A DNA stretch of 64,000 nucleotides, from the NCBI GenBank assembly GCA_026709065.1, contig JAPOTS010000035.1, positions 16,033 to 80,032 of the forward strand, in the 5' to 3' direction. This DNA comes from Bacteroidota bacterium. Lineage in GTDB: Bacteria; Bacteroidota; Rhodothermia; Rhodothermales; Bin80. Numbering within the stretch: position 1 is the first letter of the stretch; the number at the start of each line of letters is the position of its first letter. The translations under genes were made by a program, and so were the position numbers. Under the pieces are notes generated by a model that was not told the origin of the DNA, did no database searches, and was given only the letters and a program-made list of their open reading frames with translations. Below, piece by piece: positions 11,571 to 21,852 of this stretch.

Positions 11571-12968
11571 ATGAGATATTTTGTGTTTACTGTACTAATG
11601 ATAGTGACATTTGTCACTAATACAAATGCCCAACCTATTTATTCATCAGATGGAGAGTTAGGGTTTAAATCCGCAATAGATGCTTTTGAATCAGCCGATT
11701 ATGCGTTGGCATTTTCCCAATTTCAAGATGTTTACCAAATACAACCTGAGCATTTCAAAACCACGGTAGCTGGGGTGATGGCTGCGAAGTCATTATACCA
11801 ACTTGAGAATTATAGCCAAGTCATTGCCTTATTGAGTGAGTTTCTTGAAGTGTATTCTACGAGTCGATATCGTGAGGTAGCCCTTCAAATCATGGCTGCT
11901 GCAGAATTTGAAATGCAATCTATGCAACGTGATTCGGCATCAATTCGTTTAGGGGTAGCACTGCCGTTGGATCAGTTGAACGTCACGAGATCCCTACTTC
12001 AGGGAATTCTACTTTCGGTCAGACAATACAATCGTTTCTCTGAGCCTAAGATTAAGATTATATTTAGAGATACCAATGCCTCACCTGAAGGTACATTAAT
12101 TGCTATCAGATCACTTGTTGATGAGGGCGTAATAGCAGTCATTGGGCCCTTATTCAGTGAACATGTAGATGCCGCGGCAAGGGTGACTGAACAGTTTGAG
12201 GTTCCCCTAATTGCACCCCTGGCAACCGACGATGGAGTTACTTCTGGGCACAACTATGTATTTCAGGTCAATGCAACACCTGCAGAAAGAGGGCGCGCCA
12301 TCGCAAGGGAGTCAATTGATTATCTCAAAGTCACCCAGATTGGAATCATCACAGAGTCGGAATCAACTCAAAGTCATCTGGTGGCCCAAGGATTTACTGA
12401 AGAACTCAATTCACATGGTCTTTCTTCAGTCTTTAATCTTGATGTTGAGTCTTCAGTTGATTGGGCTAGATTGCCACTTATAGTTCACCAAGATACCCTT
12501 GCTTCCGCACAGGCAATCTTATTTTCTGTTGATCACGATAACGAAAGTCAAGCCGCTCGCCATGTGCAAGATGGGGTAAATAGTATTGGACAGATAGGAT
12601 TGCGACCCTATATTTTGGGCCCTTATTCATTTCAGTCATTAAACTTAGAGAGTTTACGAACACAAATTAGCGCATTTTTCGTAGATACCTATTACGAAAA
12701 TGATCTAAGGGTTACAGCTCAGACATTTATACGGGATTTTAAGGAATCCAATAATGGGTTGCCTCCTGATCTATTTGCATACATTGGATATGATATAATG
12801 GAAATGCTTTCAAATTCATTTGATTATGATGCGCCCTTATTTAAACATTTGGTTAATGCACCTCCTTATGAAGGCATCAGGTTACGCATTCATTTTGGAG
12901 ATCATAGAAAAAATACAGGAATGTATCTTTTTGAACAAACTCCAATTGGTCCACAACTAATCCGTTAA
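11571..12968 (+). CDS. secreted periplasmic-binding-protein-fold (type 1 PBP, Leu/Ile/Val-binding-like) protein with an N-terminal TPR-like region
   Basis: ATG 11571 gives the signal peptide MRYFVFTVLMIVTFVTNTNAQ. TPR-like helices follow, then IRLGVALPL...VIAVIGPLFS, typical of PBP1 or LpoA-like lipoproteins. The track start at 11511 overlaps guaA. Confidence 0.55.
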   Translation: MRYFVFTVLMIVTFVTNTNAQPIYSSDGELGFKSAIDAFESADYALAFSQFQDVYQIQPEHFKTTVAGVMAAKSLYQLENYSQVIALLSEFLEVYSTSRYREVALQIMAAAEFEMQSMQRDSASIRLGVALPLDQLNVTRSLLQGILLSVRQYNRFSEPKIKIIFRDTNASPEGTLIAIRSLVDEGVIAVIGPLFSEHVDAAARVTEQFEVPLIAPLATDDGVTSGHNYVFQVNATPAERGRAIARESIDYLKVTQIGIITESESTQSHLVAQGFTEELNSHGLSSVFNLDVESSVDWARLPLIVHQDTLASAQAILFSVDHDNESQAARHVQDGVNSIGQIGLRPYILGPYSFQSLNLESLRTQISAFFVDTYYENDLRVTAQTFIRDFKESNNGLPPDLFAYIGYDIMEMLSNSFDYDAPLFKHLVNAPPYEGIRLRIHFGDHRKNTGMYLFEQTPIGPQLIR

Positions 12969-13289
12969 TAGGAACAGAAGCCTATATTAGAGCGTAATTA
13001 TATATTGATCGTTCATACATTATCAGTAGGATCGTTCCTAACTTAACTCAGATTGATTCCATAAATTGAGATAGAATTTAATTACAAACATTTTCATATC
13101 CACCACTCATCGCTTGCAAAACATTGCTTGGATACATTGCGTGATCTTCCTATGGTGAATCATTTTCTTAAAGACATTACTCTTTAAGAACTGATGAGTT
13201 TTAATGTGTTTGCTTCTTTGATTCAGACTGAATATAGACAGCGCATCAATCTCTTCAATTAACCGTACTCTTACTTAATATTGAATTCC

Positions 13290-14090
13290 ATGTATAAATA
13301 TATCGTCACATTGGTGGTTGTTCTTGGAGGATGCGCTGGGGCAGGGCGTGTCAGCCATGATTCTCCGCGTGATGCATTTGAAAAGGGTGTCAGCTATTTT
13401 GAGAGAGGGCGTTATAGCCGCGCAGCTGAGTATTTTCAGGGAGTATTTGATTATGGGCGTACGCATGAGTGGGCTGCTGATGCCCAGTTAAACCTTGCTC
13501 GTTCTCATTACAAGAATCGTGATTACATTATAGCGGCGAGCGAGTACTCCCGGTTTGCAGAGATTTATCGAACGCATGAACGCGTAGCTGATGCCGAATT
13601 TGAAAGAGCAATGACGTTTTATGAACGGTCTCCGAAGATTGAATTGGACCAAACGACTACCCGTCAAGGCGTTGAGGTATTCAACTTGTATATCCAGCGT
13701 TATTCCAACCATGATTCTGTTAATGTAGCCATGCAACGTGTTGGCGAATTGCGCCGCAAACTAGCAGATAAGCAGTTTCATGCCGCAAAGTTATATGAGC
13801 GCAGAGGATTGTATGAGGCAGCTGCACTATCGTATGAGAACGTATTTGATACGTATCCCGACACACCACTTGCGGATGATGCCTTACTCGGCGCATTAAG
13901 ATGTTATATAGAATTCAGTGAATTAAGCATTGTTGCGCGTCAGCCTGAGCGACTTCAGAAGGCAATTACTCACTACCAGAGGCTTGAAGATCTTTTTCCA
14001 GATAGCGAGTTATTGAATGAAGCGAGGGAGTTTGGTGGCGTCGCAGAGAGTAAACTAAATGCATTAATTGAAGATGACTCAACTTTGTAG
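13290..14090 (+). CDS. bamD: outer membrane protein assembly factor BamD
   Basis: Lipoprotein signal (VVVLGGCAG) followed by TPR repeats, with BamD/YfiO-like length and composition. Confidence 0.75.
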   Translation: MYKYIVTLVVVLGGCAGAGRVSHDSPRDAFEKGVSYFERGRYSRAAEYFQGVFDYGRTHEWAADAQLNLARSHYKNRDYIIAASEYSRFAEIYRTHERVADAEFERAMTFYERSPKIELDQTTTRQGVEVFNLYIQRYSNHDSVNVAMQRVGELRRKLADKQFHAAKLYERRGLYEAAALSYENVFDTYPDTPLADDALLGALRCYIEFSELSIVARQPERLQKAITHYQRLEDLFPDSELLNEAREFGGVAESKLNALIEDDSTL

Positions 14091-14098
14091 ACATTCGT

Positions 14099-14683
14099 AT
14101 GAAAGTGGGGATTTTTGGTGGCACGTTTGATCCACCACATATTGCACATTCAATTATTGCAGAACGTGTTCTTGAAGAATTTGGACTTGATCAAATAGTA
14201 TGGGTTCCAGCATTTGATCCCCCTCATAAATCGTTACATCAACTCAGTTCCTTTACCCATCGTGTGGCTATGGTTGATGCTGCGGTATCAAATCATTCTT
14301 CGTTTCAAGTATCGGAGATTGAATCAACACTTGACTGTCCGACCTATACGATTCGAATGCTTCGTGCCCTAAGAAAACAATTCAGCCATGCGAAGCGTTA
14401 CTTGATTTTAGGCGGTGATAGTTTAAATCATTTCCATACATGGATGGAACCCGAGGCCATTATGGAGCACGTTGAGCTCATTGTATATCCTAGAGCAGGG
14501 CACTTAATTGAGGAGATGGATTTACCACCTTACTTATCCGACCAAATTCATTATATTCAAGCACCAATGATGTCCTTGAGTGGGGAGCATGTGCGTACCT
14601 GTTTAATTGAAGAAAAGTCTATTCGTTATCTCGTATTAGAAAGTGTGAGAGATTATATTGTTCACCATCAAATATACCATTAA
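14099..14683 (+). CDS. nadD: nicotinate-nucleotide adenylyltransferase
   Basis: GIFGGTFDPPHIAH nucleotidyltransferase motif, 194 aa. Confidence 0.9.
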   Translation: MKVGIFGGTFDPPHIAHSIIAERVLEEFGLDQIVWVPAFDPPHKSLHQLSSFTHRVAMVDAAVSNHSSFQVSEIESTLDCPTYTIRMLRALRKQFSHAKRYLILGGDSLNHFHTWMEPEAIMEHVELIVYPRAGHLIEEMDLPPYLSDQIHYIQAPMMSLSGEHVRTCLIEEKSIRYLVLESVRDYIVHHQIYH

Positions 14684-14697
14684 TCGCCTTTTTTTGT

Positions 14698-15348
14698 ATG
14701 GGAATACTAGACTTTCTTATTGGTAACCAGCCACCTCTGATTCAAGACTCGTTGGATGATATTAAGGTCATGTTAGATACGGGGTACAACTTGTTTTCTG
14801 CTTCAAGTGCTCGATTGTTAGAAAATGAAATTTTAGATGAAGATTTGTCTGCCCAAGAAGCCGTGATTTGCAAGCGAGAGCATTCAATTCGGCGGGCTGT
14901 ATTGGAGCATTTAAACATTGATCCTAAGCGAGAATTGGTTCTCTGTATGAAGTTGTTAACCGTTGCTCAAGATGCTGAGCGCATTGGAAGAGTTGGGCGA
15001 ACGATTGAATGGGCTGCTACCATTGCTACGAGTCCTAGAATTGACTCCACTGTTGACGATATCCGAACCTTACGTAATCAGACTCTTATACAGTTTGAAT
15101 GTGCGCGGGATTGTTTTCTGGAAGGAGACATTCAGAAAGCTCATGATGTTCAAGATAAACAAGTACAAGTTGATGAAGGGTTGCGTCAAGTCCTGAGTCA
15201 CTTGGTTGCCTCTGAATTAGATTCAAGTAAAGTTGTACCGTATACTATTGGGGCTTTTGCTATTGGACGCATCGGAGGACATTTAGCAAATATTGCTCGT
15301 TGCGTTACTGAACCCTTACATCGTGTGCGAGAAAGAGGGGATTCGTGA
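14698..15348 (+). CDS. PhoU-domain-like all-helical protein
   Basis: Two helical repeats with conserved D/E..R patches (AQDAERIGR, LANIARC) resembling PhoU. No pst genes are nearby. Confidence 0.45.
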   Translation: MGILDFLIGNQPPLIQDSLDDIKVMLDTGYNLFSASSARLLENEILDEDLSAQEAVICKREHSIRRAVLEHLNIDPKRELVLCMKLLTVAQDAERIGRVGRTIEWAATIATSPRIDSTVDDIRTLRNQTLIQFECARDCFLEGDIQKAHDVQDKQVQVDEGLRQVLSHLVASELDSSKVVPYTIGAFAIGRIGGHLANIARCVTEPLHRVRERGDS

Positions 15349-15405
15349 ATTCGGTAAGACTCAAAAATTCATCCTAACCTTTAAGTTCATTCAATCATAT
15401 ATATC

Positions 15406-15969
15406 ATGGCATTAACTTATTCAAAAATGGGCGAGCTTGGGACAAAAGCCCCATCATTTACCCTACCAGTATCTAACCCTACAAGTGGAAATCAACCCCT
15501 AATGAGCCTTGATGAAGTTTCAAATGGGGCTGCCCTGGTAGTTGTATTTATGTGTAATCACTGCCCCTATGTGATCCATGTAGAGGATGCACTCATCAAG
15601 GCTGCTCAGATTTGCAAGGAAAAAAAGGTTCAATTCATTGCAATCAGCAGTAATGATGCAACACAATATCCAGAGGATTCATTTGAAGCAATGAGGCAAC
15701 GCGCGGTGGATAAGAATTATCCATTTCCCTATCTGTATGATGAATCTCAATCTGTTGCAAAAGCCTATGGTGCTGAATGCACCCCAGATTTTTTCTTATA
15801 TGACTCTAACCTTTCCCTCGCATATAGGGGGCGCTTTGATGAAACTCGCCCCGGTGGAAATCCAGCGACAGGTGAAGAGTTTCTACAAGCTTTAGATGAG
15901 CTATTGAGTTTTGGTTTTGTCACGATGCCTCAGCGCCCATCATTGGGTTGCAATATTAAATGGAAGTAG
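15406..15969 (+). CDS. thioredoxin-fold (AhpC/TSA-like) redox protein
   Basis: VVVFMCNHCPYV active-site region and a redoxin-like length. Confidence 0.7.
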   Translation: MALTYSKMGELGTKAPSFTLPVSNPTSGNQPLMSLDEVSNGAALVVVFMCNHCPYVIHVEDALIKAAQICKEKKVQFIAISSNDATQYPEDSFEAMRQRAVDKNYPFPYLYDESQSVAKAYGAECTPDFFLYDSNLSLAYRGRFDETRPGGNPATGEEFLQALDELLSFGFVTMPQRPSLGCNIKWK

Positions 15970-15975
15970 GGTAGC

Positions 15976-17397
15976 ATGGATTGGATTGTATTACTGCCTC
16001 CATTGATTGCCATTGGATTAGCTCTTCTTACGCGCCAAGTATTTCTATCATTGGTCGCTGGACTTTTAGTTGGAACCACCATCTTGGCAGGTGGAAATCC
16101 TATTGGTGGGTTGATCCAGATGGCCGATGTAATTGTGGGAGTGTTTGGAGATCAATCAAATACGAAAATTTTATTATTTAGCCTCTTGGTTGGTGGATTG
16201 ATTGCACTGGTTCAGGTATCAGGGGGTGTCAGTGCATTTGTACAATATGTTCAGAAATCTGGATTAGCGAAGACGCGAAGAGGTGTAGAGTGTATGGCTT
16301 GGTTTACGGGCTTACTCATATTTGTTGAATCCAGCATCACTTCACTGATCGTGGGGACTCTTAGCAGGCCATTTTTTGATCGATTGCAACTCCCAAGGGA
16401 GAAACTGGCTTATTATTGTGATGCCACAAGTGCACCTGTATGTATGCAGATTCCATTAAATGGCTGGGGTGCGTTTGTTTTGGGCTTATTACTCGTTCAA
16501 GGATATGAAAGTAACGCAGTTTCTACTCTCATTGGTGCTCTTGCCTTTAACTTCTTTTGCATTATAGCCATCTTGTTTGCTCTCTTTCTTGCTTTAACAG
16601 GGTGGGGTTTTGGTTCTATGCGTAAAGCAGAAATCAGAGCCTTAAGCTCCGGTGATTTAATTCGACCGGGGGCTAAACCGATGATTGCTGACGAAGTCGC
16701 TGGTTTAGAGCCGGTAAAGCCATCATTAGGGCGAATTTATGATTTTTTGATTCCTGTAGCTGTCATGATTATGATGATTTTTGTCAGCCTGTATGTGACT
16801 GGTGATGGTAATCTCATGGAGGGCAGTGGATCTACTGCAGTATTGTGGGCTGTTAGTGTTGCGGTATTGGTTGGATTGATTATCTATATGATTCCGCGTG
16901 AGGGACAGATGCTATTATCTCCCGCGAAAAGTACTGACTATGTGATCAAGGGAGCATCTGGGTTAGTTGGGGTTGTGGCCTTATTAGTCCTGGCTTTTGC
17001 ACTTGGACAAGTCTCTCGGGATTTGGAGATGGGTCCATATATTGTTTCTGTATTGGGAGAAGATATTTGGACTTGGTGGCTCCCTGCTATGGTTTTCCTT
17101 ATTGGATGTTTTGTATCATTTACGTTAGGATCATCTTGGACATGCTTCGCAATATTAATTCCACTTGCGTTACCGCTGGCGGAGGGCTTGGAGATTCCTA
17201 CTTCTCTGATGCTTGGTTCAGTTCTATCTGGTGGGGTTTTTGGAGATCATGCGTCCCCATTATCCGATACCTCAATCATTTCGTCTATGGCATCGGCATG
17301 CGACCATGTTGATCATGTGAATACCCAGCTACCTTATTCTTTACTGATTGCAGCCATGGCATTTGTTACCTTTTTGGTGGCTGGAATTCTAACCTGA
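15976..17397 (+). CDS. nhaC: Na+/H+ antiporter, NhaC family
   Basis: Polytopic membrane protein of 473 aa with an NhaC-like layout (C-terminal GVFGDHASPLSDTSI motif). Confidence 0.8.
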   Translation: MDWIVLLPPLIAIGLALLTRQVFLSLVAGLLVGTTILAGGNPIGGLIQMADVIVGVFGDQSNTKILLFSLLVGGLIALVQVSGGVSAFVQYVQKSGLAKTRRGVECMAWFTGLLIFVESSITSLIVGTLSRPFFDRLQLPREKLAYYCDATSAPVCMQIPLNGWGAFVLGLLLVQGYESNAVSTLIGALAFNFFCIIAILFALFLALTGWGFGSMRKAEIRALSSGDLIRPGAKPMIADEVAGLEPVKPSLGRIYDFLIPVAVMIMMIFVSLYVTGDGNLMEGSGSTAVLWAVSVAVLVGLIIYMIPREGQMLLSPAKSTDYVIKGASGLVGVVALLVLAFALGQVSRDLEMGPYIVSVLGEDIWTWWLPAMVFLIGCFVSFTLGSSWTCFAILIPLALPLAEGLEIPTSLMLGSVLSGGVFGDHASPLSDTSIISSMASACDHVDHVNTQLPYSLLIAAMAFVTFLVAGILT

Positions 17398-17527
17398 TGA
17401 GATGAAGGTGTGATCCACCCAATTCTCAACTATCACATTGAAAGATTACTTATCCTGCCCATTTGCTACACTGACGGTAGTAAGGACACATCAAAACAGT
17501 ATTCTTTTCTGGTGAGAGTCTTGTATC

Positions 17528-18262
17528 TCAGGATTGAAATATATGCTGTGCAAATCTACGAATGAGATTATTTGCTTCCGGAGTTTCTCTGAGTTTTAAG
17601 ACAAATTCATCCAATGGGATTCCTACGATTTCTTCTGTATACTCAGGATAGGTGCTTAATCTCTGTATTAATAAATCCTTAGTGAGTTCTGAATGGAATT
17701 GTGTACAGTATAAGGGGGCATCAGGCATTTTGAATGCATGGTTCGGGACAAGAGATGTACACGCGAGTCGAATTGCATGTTCTGGTAGTTGAATCACGGT
17801 GTCATGATGGCCTACATGTGCCCAAAAATTAGAACCTAAATATCCGAAAATCGGATCACTTTTTCCTTCTAGGGTTACAGTCAGTTCAATTGTTCCTAAT
17901 TCAGCGAGATGCGAAACGGTATCAACAGATCCACCTAAGGCGGCAGCCATCGCTTGAAATCCCCAACACGATGCAAATACAGGCTTGCGCTTAGCATATA
18001 AAGATCGCATTGTATCCAGTGCGCGCTCCAACCATTGCCCACCCTTTGGAACTGAATAGTCCCCAGCACCGCCAATTAAAATCAGATCGGCATTCTTGAG
18101 CTCCAGTTTGGTTGGGGGCGAATGGATCAAATCAGCCGTGATAATTTGATTGGGCATCAAGTCAATTGAATCTGCAAATGCTCCAACTTCATTCATTCGC
18201 ATTGGGTCTTCGGGCTTCCGAATCTGAAGCAGAAGAACATTCAAGTTAGAAGAAATTGCCAT
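17528..18262 (-). CDS. class I glutamine amidotransferase-like protein
   Basis: GATase1 nucleophile elbow (FASCWGFQ) and HSE near the C-terminus. ATG 18262 is preferred over the track start at 18307. Confidence 0.7.
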   Translation of the reverse strand: MAISSNLNVLLLQIRKPEDPMRMNEVGAFADSIDLMPNQIITADLIHSPPTKLELKNADLILIGGAGDYSVPKGGQWLERALDTMRSLYAKRKPVFASCWGFQAMAAALGGSVDTVSHLAELGTIELTVTLEGKSDPIFGYLGSNFWAHVGHHDTVIQLPEHAIRLACTSLVPNHAFKMPDAPLYCTQFHSELTKDLLIQRLSTYPEYTEEIVGIPLDEFVLKLRETPEANNLIRRFAQHIFQS

Positions 18263-18342
18263 ACCTGTCACAAGGGGGAAAATTATCCTTTGAACTGCGA
18301 AAAACAAGTCATGCTCCAGTGATAAACAGTCTACAAGTTGTT

Positions 18343-18978
18343 TTAATGCTTATGGGGGCTTCTATGATGACTTTCATGAAAAATTACGTGTAACAATGAA
18401 CCGGCTACGAATGCTTGAAATAAATTGCTTCCAGTCAATTCATGTGGCACTAAATCTGCTAATGTAAAACCGATGATGGTAACCAAAAGGAGCCAAGCAA
18501 TGCCAATTACGGCAATGAATGAGCCGTAACGGGGATGCAATATCCACCAGATCATGAGCCCTACGGTAAGACGATGAACCATGATAGGTAGCATGGCAGT
18601 AGGGGTTTCAGCGTTGAGGCTTGCGCCTTCAAGAAGGGCATGCAAGCCGAGTCCTAGAAATCCAGCAATGATTGACAGAGCCTCAGTAGTAGGCGCTATT
18701 TGTCGATACATGTGCTCAATAACAATTGGAATGAATATTCCCAATGTCATGATTCCAAGTAGAATTAAAATGATTTTAGGGGCCCAACCACTATGCGCGA
18801 TTTCGTGGCCAATGATCTGAGATAATACTAGTACTGGGACAATTACATACATTGAACGATCAAATAATCGTCTAAACTTTAAGCGGTCATGTAATAATGG
18901 GTACAATAATACACCAATGATTGGAGCGGCTAACGCAAAAATTAGGGGAGCCATCAATGAAAGAAATCGAGACAACAA
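18343..18978 (-). CDS. integral membrane protein, possibly a ZIP-family metal transporter
   Basis: About 7 TM segments, an HALLEG motif reminiscent of the ZIP HNxxEG motif, and a His-rich tail (HESHHRSPHKH). TTG start; ATG at 18954 is an alternative. Confidence 0.4.
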   Translation of the reverse strand: MLSRFLSLMAPLIFALAAPIIGVLLYPLLHDRLKFRRLFDRSMYVIVPVLVLSQIIGHEIAHSGWAPKIILILLGIMTLGIFIPIVIEHMYRQIAPTTEALSIIAGFLGLGLHALLEGASLNAETPTAMLPIMVHRLTVGLMIWWILHPRYGSFIAVIGIAWLLLVTIIGFTLADLVPHELTGSNLFQAFVAGSLLHVIFHESHHRSPHKH

Positions 18979-19596
18979 CTCATTAGTTCAACGATCAAAA
19001 TCATCCTTGAAAATATCAGTTCTGGATATTGGCTAACTTTTAAGGGGTAAGTTATAGATCATTGGTAATGGTCGAATTTGTAAGCTAATGGATGATTCAG
19101 GAAGCCATTCAATTCAAAAACAGATACTCTGCCATATATAACTCGTCTTAGAAAGGATAAATCAATCATGATCTCTTCAACGAATAGTAGTATGATTTTA
19201 TGGATAGATCTTTGTACGCTATGTGTTCCCTGTTCTCTTAGAGAGTTCATTCAGGGCTCCCATATTTCTGACGATTACAATGTTTTTCTGCTGATCAATG
19301 AATGAACCGCTTTCTGAGACTACAATACTATCGACTATCTACGTAAATGCCCTCAATATAAAACCGTATAGCACCTGATGATGGATCATCTTCTATAAAC
19401 CGCACGAACTTAGAAAATGAGGATTAGTTTTATCCTCATTGAGATTGTGATTAGGTTTTGAAGTACACGATGTAATGTATACATTTCTAAGTCTGTGAGA
19501 TTGAGGCAGTCCCTATCTGGCTTATTGATCCTCGTTCAGTGATTAGGGTCATACACTCGTTTTCCTTCTGGTAATTTCAATACTGTTGCTAAGAAT

Positions 19597-20472
19597 ATGA
19601 ACATCAAGGAGTTAATGATCAAAGTAATAGATCGTTTACAATATAGCAATCTACCACATTCTCGCATCACCGCGAAATGGATTTTCTGTCATGTCCTTGA
19701 TTGCAGTGCAACATATCTCATTGCCCATGAAGACTTATTATTGAACACGAAACAGATCTCCACAATTCTGGAAATGACAGAACGCTGTGCTAATCATGAA
19801 CCTGTACAGTATGTCATTGGATACACAGAATTCTGTGGGTTGATGATTGATCTTTCCCCAAATGTAATGATTCCTAGACCCGAGACAGAACACCTTGTAG
19901 AGCTATCACTCAAAGCTTTAAAATCGATTGACACACTTAGCGTGCTTGACATAGGTACGGGAAGTGGATGCATCGCATTAGCAATGAAACATTTCTTGCC
20001 AAAAGCAAATGTCACGGCATGTGATATTAGTGTAGAAGCACTTAGTGTTGCTAAGGGTAACTCAGAAAATCTCGGACTTCAACTGAACTTTGTCCATGCG
20101 GATATATTTTCATCAAATTTTTTAACCAATGTTGAAACAGCCTACGATCTTGTGATTAGCAATCCGCCATATATTCCTGATCATGAGTCTTCAGGCTTAC
20201 CTAAAATGGTTCGAGATTTTGAGCCCCCTCAAGCGCTTTTTTGTGGTGATGATCCTATGAGCTACTATCAAGCAATTAATGACCATCTTGATGATGAATT
20301 ACTTAAGGAGGGCGGGATTATAGCATTAGAAACTCATTCTGACTATGCCGTGACTGTAAGTGATTTATTTGAAAAACGCCAAGAATATCATGTTGAAATG
20401 AAGTATGACCTGAATGAAATGCCTCGCTTTGTAATCGCAACCAGACGGCCGAGAAATTCATCGCAAGCATAG
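19597..20472 (+). CDS. prmC: peptide chain release factor N5-glutamine methyltransferase
   Basis: SAM motif LDIGTGSGCIA and catalytic ISNPPYI. Confidence 0.9.
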   Translation: MNIKELMIKVIDRLQYSNLPHSRITAKWIFCHVLDCSATYLIAHEDLLLNTKQISTILEMTERCANHEPVQYVIGYTEFCGLMIDLSPNVMIPRPETEHLVELSLKALKSIDTLSVLDIGTGSGCIALAMKHFLPKANVTACDISVEALSVAKGNSENLGLQLNFVHADIFSSNFLTNVETAYDLVISNPPYIPDHESSGLPKMVRDFEPPQALFCGDDPMSYYQAINDHLDDELLKEGGIIALETHSDYAVTVSDLFEKRQEYHVEMKYDLNEMPRFVIATRRPRNSSQA

Positions 20473-20482
20473 TAACTGTTCC

Positions 20483-21340
20483 ATGAAATTAGCACTTATT
20501 CAATGCTCAGCATCAGAAGATTTACATAATAATCTTGCTCGGGGATTAAAATCATTAGAAACTGCAGCGGAATCTGGGGCGGATATAGTCGTTTATCCAG
20601 AGCTGGCGTTTACACCATTTTATCCTCAACATAAGCGGGGTCATTATCCAGAATGTCAGAATACTCATTTGCCTCCATTATCATTAGCTGAAGAAATTCC
20701 AGGCCATACAACCGATGTGTTTTGTGAGGCGGCTCAGCGATTGGGCGTGGTTGTTGTTCTTAATTTGTATGCCCGAGTAGGCGATCAAGGCTTTGATGCA
20801 TCCCCCGTCATTGATGCGGATGGAACATTATTAGGAGTCACAAAGATGATGCATGTTACACAATATGAGGGTTTTTATGAGCAGGATTATTATACCGTTG
20901 CAGGTCAACAAGCATCTGTCTATCAAACTGAGGCTGGTAGAATAGGTGTTGCAATCTGCTACGATCGACATTATTTTGAATATCTCAGGGCATTAGCATT
21001 GCAAAAAGCCGATCTAGTTGTTGTGCCTCAGGCTGGTGCGCTCAATGAATGGCCGGAAGGTTTGTTTGAGGCCGAATTGAGAGTTAGTGCTTTCCAAAAC
21101 GGCTACTATATGGCCCTTGCCAATCGGGTGGGGAAAGAAGATGTATTAACCTTTGGAGGTGGTTCTTTCATTGTTGATCCAATGGGAAATGTCATTGCCC
21201 GCGCATCGGAAACAAAGCCATCCATGTTACTAGCTAACCTAGATTTAAAGCAATGTGATGAATCCTACGCGCGAAAATTATTTCTCAGAGATCGTCGACC
21301 TGAGATGTATGAAGGTGGGGCAGTGCGCTTTCATAATTGA
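20483..21340 (+). CDS. carbon-nitrogen hydrolase (nitrilase superfamily)
   Basis: Glu-Lys-Cys triad context (YPELAF..., GVAICYD). Confidence 0.8.
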   Translation: MKLALIQCSASEDLHNNLARGLKSLETAAESGADIVVYPELAFTPFYPQHKRGHYPECQNTHLPPLSLAEEIPGHTTDVFCEAAQRLGVVVVLNLYARVGDQGFDASPVIDADGTLLGVTKMMHVTQYEGFYEQDYYTVAGQQASVYQTEAGRIGVAICYDRHYFEYLRALALQKADLVVVPQAGALNEWPEGLFEAELRVSAFQNGYYMALANRVGKEDVLTFGGGSFIVDPMGNVIARASETKPSMLLANLDLKQCDESYARKLFLRDRRPEMYEGGAVRFHN

Positions 21341-21852
21341 GCAAATTCTTCGTAGGACGTTTCTTTCCAAGCTCCAGTTGCAACATACTGTAGCACAACG
21401 CTAAATTCGTCTAATGCCCAGTAGCCTGGGCATTTTGCAATATAGCTTCCATCGTTAGTTAAAAATACAGATGTAGGAGTCCCTTCAGCCCCAAGGCTAT
21501 ACCCAAGCTCCTGAGATGTTAATATATAGTCTTGAAACGTATGAGTGGTTTCTGAATCATCAATATTTAGTCGACCGTAAGCAAAGTGATTTTGAACATA
21601 TTCTACCAATGCTGCATCTGTATAGACCTCCTCCTGCATTTTACGACACCACCCACACCACGGTGCATAAATATCAATCAAAATAGGTTTACCCGTCCTT
21701 GATGCAGTAGCGATCGCTTCATCAAAGGTTGGCCATGTCATCGGGGCAGGTAATGGAGGGATTTCATTGATGGCTATCGGTTTGGGATTATCATTAGATC
21801 CACATCCAATGATCAGGGGTAATAATAGTAGAAATCGAGAAGTGTTTAGCAT
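21331..21852 (-). CDS. thioredoxin-fold lipoprotein
   Basis: Lipobox LIIGCGS and a WCGWC redox motif. It overlaps the upstream glycosyltransferase by 7 nt. Confidence 0.75.
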   Translation of the reverse strand: MLNTSRFLLLLPLIIGCGSNDNPKPIAINEIPPLPAPMTWPTFDEAIATASRTGKPILIDIYAPWCGWCRKMQEEVYTDAALVEYVQNHFAYGRLNIDDSETTHTFQDYILTSQELGYSLGAEGTPTSVFLTNDGSYIAKCPGYWALDEFSVVLQYVATGAWKETSYEEFAQL

